A stretch of DNA of 64,000 nucleotides from an uncultured Ignavibacteria bacterium. GTDB taxonomy: Bacteria; Bacteroidota; Ignavibacteria; UBA10030; SZUA-254. The notes beneath the pieces were generated by a model that was not told the origin of the DNA, searched no databases, and worked only from the letters and a program-made list of their open reading frames with translations. Shown in pieces: positions 60,312 through 64,000 of this stretch; the stretch's first letter is position 1, and each line of letters starts with the position of its first letter. Both the position numbers and the translations under genes were made by a program. The DNA lies in the NCBI GenBank assembly GCA_963724215.1, contig CAVRTZ010000008.1, positions 197,651 to 261,650 of the forward strand, read 5' to 3'.

Positions 60312-61412
60312 TCAGGAAGCGCCGAATTTTTTCCGGCGATTGCGGATGTAGTCCACGAAGATGAATTCCCCCAGGTTGTCGAGGGTGGAGTAGTAGGCCC
60401 TCCCCTGGTTCGCCCTGGTCAGTTCCTGGACGAAGTTGATGAGGTAGGGGTCCCGGGCGACCATGAACGTGCTGATCGGGATATGCTCCCGCCGGCAGGC
60501 GACGGCCTCGTCGAGCGTCTTGTTGACGATGCGCGGGTCGAGCCCGAAGGAGTTCTTGTACAGGCGTCCGGCGTCGTCGAAGATGGCGGAGGGTTTCCCG
60601 TCGGTGATCATGAAGATCTGCTTGTTCGCGCTCTTCCTCCTCCGCAGGAGGGTCCGCGCCATCCGCAGGCCCGCGCGGGTGTTCGTGTGGTACGGTCCGA
60701 CGTTGAGGAACGGCAGCTCGTTCAGGCTGACGAGCCGGGCGTCGTCGCCGAACACAACCAGGGCGAGGTAGTCCTTCGGGTATTTCCGGATGATCAGTTC
60801 GGAGAGCGCCAGGGCCACCTGTTTCGCCGGCGTGATCCGGTCCTCGCCGTAGAGCACCATGCTGTGGCTGATGTCGAGCATCAGGATGGTCGAGCAGGAG
60901 GTGAGGTGCTCCGTCTCGTAGACCTCGAGGTCCTCCTCCGAGAGGTTGAAATTTTCGATCCCGTCCCTCCTGAACGTGTTCTTGAGTGTCGCGCCGAGGT
61001 CGATGCCGGCGGACGGGTCGCCCGGGGACCATTTCCGCACCTCGCTCGCGCGGTCGATCCCGGTCCCGGTCCGGGGGACGTCGTGCGACCCGACGTCGCC
61101 CTTGCGCAGCGACGTGAACACCTCCCTCAGCGCGTCCTCGCGGATCTTCTGGACGCCTTTCGTCGTCAGGGTGTGGATGTCGCCGGTCTCCTCGATGATC
61201 CCCTCGTCCTTCAGCTTCTGCAGGAGGTCGTCGGGGCTCAGGGTTTCGTCGAAGAGGCCGTGCTCCTCGGCGAGCCGGCGGAGCCATTCGAGCGCCTCCT
61301 CCACGTCGCCGCTGGTCTGGACGAGCAGGTAACTGAACAGCGACGTGAGCTGTTCGAGCCGTTGTTCGTCGGTCGCCGACTGCGCCGTCCACCTGCTGTA
61401 CCGGAATCGCAT
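60312..61412 (-). CDS. vWA-domain protein (CoxE/BchD-like)
   Basis: 366 aa. MIDAS DISHSM in ..ILMLDISHSMVLYGEDR.. Located directly downstream of the ChlI-like ATPase. Confidence 0.75.
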   Translation of the reverse strand: MRFRYSRWTAQSATDEQRLEQLTSLFSYLLVQTSGDVEEALEWLRRLAEEHGLFDETLSPDDLLQKLKDEGIIEETGDIHTLTTKGVQKIREDALREVFTSLRKGDVGSHDVPRTGTGIDRASEVRKWSPGDPSAGIDLGATLKNTFRRDGIENFNLSEEDLEVYETEHLTSCSTILMLDISHSMVLYGEDRITPAKQVALALSELIIRKYPKDYLALVVFGDDARLVSLNELPFLNVGPYHTNTRAGLRMARTLLRRRKSANKQIFMITDGKPSAIFDDAGRLYKNSFGLDPRIVNKTLDEAVACRREHIPISTFMVARDPYLINFVQELTRANQGRAYYSTLDNLGEFIFVDYIRNRRKKFGAS

Positions 61413-61424
61413 GCTCGCGTCTCC

Positions 61425-62987
61425 TTAATCGTCATCGTTCCCGGGCGATCTCCGGTTGAAGATCGTTCCCACGAGGTCCTTGTACCCGATCCTGTGGTCG
61501 GCCTCCTCTTTCGCGATCCGCGAACTCTGGTGCAGGCCGTCGAGGACGAATTCCATCGCCGCCGCGAGGTGGTACCGGTCGCCGGCGGGGATGTCCATGT
61601 GCTTCAGGGTGATCTCCTTCAGGCCCTTCACCTTGTCCAGCTCGGCGTAGTAACCGTCGAGCGGCATGTCGTCGGAGATCTCGATGGCGTTGCCCGACTC
61701 GAACCAGGAGATGATCTGGCCGTACACTGCCTCCTCCCGCGGGGCCGCCGCCTCGCCCTGCCGCTGCGGGTTCCTCGGCCGCTTCTGCAGCGGGTCGGGG
61801 AAATACTTCCTGAAGACGTCCTTCACGGCCTTGCCGATGAGCGCCTTCCCCACGCGGGCCGGCCCCTCCTGCTCGCCCTCGAAGACGAGCTCGATCTTGC
61901 CGGTCATGCCCGGGAGCACGTGCGGCAGGTCGGAGATCCTCGGCGCGATGCGCCTGTCGCCGTTGAGGATCGAGCGCCGCTCGGCGTTGCTCACCAGGTT
62001 TTCGAGCGCGGCGATGGTGAGCCTCGCGCTCACGCCCGACTTCTGGTCCACGAACTCGCTCTGCCGCGCCTCGAACGCCACCTGTTCGATGATCTCGCGG
62101 AAGTAGCCCGGGACCTCGACGTCGCCCGAGCCCCTCTGGACCCAGGCCTCCTGTTCGGTGATCCTGATGGCGTCGCCGATCGTGCGGGGGTAGTGAGTGA
62201 AGATCTGGGAATCGATCCTGTCCTTCAGCGGGGTGATGATGTTCCCGCGGTTGGTGTAGTCCTCGGGGTTCGCGGTGAACACGATCAGGATGTCGAGCGG
62301 TATCCGGACGCTGAACCCCCTGATCTGGATGTCCTTTTCCTGCATGATATTGAACAAACCCACCTGGATCCTCGGCTGGAGGTCGGGCAGCTCGTTGATC
62401 GCGAAGATGCCGCGGTTCGTCCGGGGGATGATGCCGAAATGGATCGCCCCCTCGTGCGAATAGTGGAGCTTCCTGGTGGCCGCCTTGATCGGGTCGATGT
62501 CGCCGATCAGGTCGGCGATCGTCACGTCGGGCGTGGCGAGCTTTTCGCCGAGCCGCGCGTCCCGGTGGAGCCATTCGACGGGGAGCGCGTCGCCCGTTTC
62601 CACCGAGAGGTCGTGGCAGCGCTTGCAGACCGGGCTGTACGGGTTGTCGTTGATCTCGCACCCGGCCACGATCGGGATGTACTCGTCGAGGAGCGCCGGC
62701 AGGAGACGGACGATCCTCGACTTCGCCTGCCCCCTCAGGCCGAGGAGCATGACGTCGTGTTTGCCGAGGAGAGCGTTGACGATCGAGGGGATCACCGTGT
62801 CGTCGAAACCGATGATCCCCGGGAAGAGCGTTTCGCCCTTCCGCAGTTTTTCGATCAGGTTCTTCCTCACCTCTTCCTTGACCGGGAGGACTTTGTACCC
62901 GGAGCTCTTGAGCTCACCGCGGGTGGAAATCGTTGGCTTCATGCTGGTCTGGTACCCCGGTATTGAGAGACGACTTGACTTAGACAA
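61425..62987 (-). CDS. Mg-chelatase ChlI-like AAA+ ATPase
   Basis: 520 aa. Walker A-like LLGLRGQAKS. Walker B / sensor region ..IFAINELPDL..FNIMQEKD... Paired with the vWA gene. Confidence 0.7.
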   Translation of the reverse strand: MSKSSRLSIPGYQTSMKPTISTRGELKSSGYKVLPVKEEVRKNLIEKLRKGETLFPGIIGFDDTVIPSIVNALLGKHDVMLLGLRGQAKSRIVRLLPALLDEYIPIVAGCEINDNPYSPVCKRCHDLSVETGDALPVEWLHRDARLGEKLATPDVTIADLIGDIDPIKAATRKLHYSHEGAIHFGIIPRTNRGIFAINELPDLQPRIQVGLFNIMQEKDIQIRGFSVRIPLDILIVFTANPEDYTNRGNIITPLKDRIDSQIFTHYPRTIGDAIRITEQEAWVQRGSGDVEVPGYFREIIEQVAFEARQSEFVDQKSGVSARLTIAALENLVSNAERRSILNGDRRIAPRISDLPHVLPGMTGKIELVFEGEQEGPARVGKALIGKAVKDVFRKYFPDPLQKRPRNPQRQGEAAAPREEAVYGQIISWFESGNAIEISDDMPLDGYYAELDKVKGLKEITLKHMDIPAGDRYHLAAAMEFVLDGLHQSSRIAKEEADHRIGYKDLVGTIFNRRSPGNDDD

Positions 62988-63076
62988 CAGGGTGGTGCGG
63001 CTTTTTGTTACCCGGCGCCTTCTGAAATGTAGACTGAATTTCGGCGAAAATCAAAAAATGAGTATATTCACCCGGT

Positions 63077-63889
63077 TTGCGTAAAGAAGACCGACATATC
63101 GCCCGGTTCGCATCGGCGTCAGCATGCCTTCTCCATCATGGCCTGGTCATCACGGCCCTCCTGCTCTCCCACGGCAGCGCGACCGGGCAGGCGGAAGGAA
63201 CCGTGCTGGGGCGTGCCGAACCGCGCGCCCTCATCGACATCCCCATCGCGGGAATGCTCAGGGGTGGGATGAAATCCTTCCAGATCGACTTCTACCATTC
63301 CGACGGCCTCAACGCGGCCTTCGCCTACGGGCTCACGGACCGCCTCATGGTCGGCCTCTCGTACGGGGGGACGGAAATCATCGGCACCCAATCGCCCGAC
63401 TGGAACCAGGTCCCCGGCGTCCTCGTGCGGGTGAGGGTGTTCGAGGAGTCGGAGAGCGTCCCCGCCCTTGCGCTGGGGTTCGAATCCCAGGGCGCCGACG
63501 GCTACATCGACGACATGGACCGGTTCACCATCAAATCGCCCGGCTTCTATGCCGTCTTCAGCAAGAACTACGAGGCCTCCGGTGACCTGGGGTTCCACGG
63601 CGGGAATCAACTACAGTCTCGAGAGGGACGACAACGACAAGGACATCAACCTGTTTTTCGGCCTCGACAAAAGCGTCGGATCGTTCATGTCCCTCGTCGG
63701 CGAGTACAACCTCGCCTGGAACGACAACAGCGGCGACGCCCTGGGCCGGGGGCGGGGATACCTGAACGCCGGCGTCTGGTTCCATCCGGGGGCGGGAATC
63801 ACGCTCTCTTTCCACTTCAAAGACCTCCTCGAAAACCAGCCCCACGAGGGGTTCGCCAACCGCACCCTGAGGATCGATTTCACCCGTTG
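63077..63889 (+). CDS. Hypothetical outer-membrane/secreted beta-rich protein, apparent frameshift
   Basis: N-terminal part in ORF 63077..63931 (..GLSYGGTEIIGTQSPDWNQVPGV..GFYAVFSKNYEASGDLGFHGG). C-terminal part in ORF 63468..63890 (..INYSLERDDNDKDINLFFGLDKS..LRIDFTR*). A single extra A lies at ~63618. The true start is uncertain. Confidence 0.35.
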
Positions 63890-63947
63890 AATATCCAGTT
63901 GAATATCCGGTTGAGTCCCCTCCTGTCCTGAAAAAGCCACATTTTCC

Positions 63948-63964
63948 CTGCCCGTTGTGGGCAG
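63948..63964 (+). terminator. Candidate terminator hairpin after the last gene
   Basis: CTGCCC-GTTGT-GGGCAG hairpin, followed by a second GC-rich inverted repeat. Confidence 0.3.
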
Positions 63965-64000
63965 AAACACACAAGACCCCCGGCCCGCCGGGGAAATCCT

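Overview
This is a 64 kb, high-GC (~67%) chromosomal segment that looks like it comes from an FCB-group bacterium (Bacteroidota/Chlorobiota/Ignavibacteriota-like). The reasons are T9SS C-terminal sorting domains (NYPNPFNP) on two BNR-repeat proteins, a Chlorobi-type LDH-like malate dehydrogenase, TAnnTTTG-like -7 promoter boxes and frequent ATGA start/stop overlaps. I call about 56 protein genes. Nearly all are housekeeping or envelope genes: rplU-rpmA, mdh, pyrG, kdsB, gatC, plsC, mgtE, rsmA/ksgA, asmA, pdxJ, etfBA, fbp, two ABC exporters, serS, rfbD and dapD-dapA-dapB. There is also a tightly coupled outer-membrane/GH13/beta-CASP operon, secreted amidohydrolases, and a pirin-YceI-Crp/Fnr stress cluster. 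By eye I found no rRNA, tRNA, CRISPR array, transposase, integrase or recognisable defence system, so I cannot point to a clearly novel system. The strongest signals are three. First, at least ten conserved genes (anti-sigma factor, GH13, BFN nuclease, fbp twice, ABC transporter, dapA twice, dapB, a terminal OMP) are split by single-base frameshifts, which most likely means indel errors in the assembly. Second, an 18-bp coding tandem repeat forms the C-terminal tail of KsgA and overlaps the mgtE start. Third, pdxJ has no canonical start codon. Caveat: my hand-read positions from the printed sequence disagree with the ORF track by one base at several anchors (e.g. near 39421 and 53700). Coordinates of sequence-derived features (terminators, promoters, motifs) are therefore approximate (+/-3 nt), and CDS coordinates follow the ORF track.
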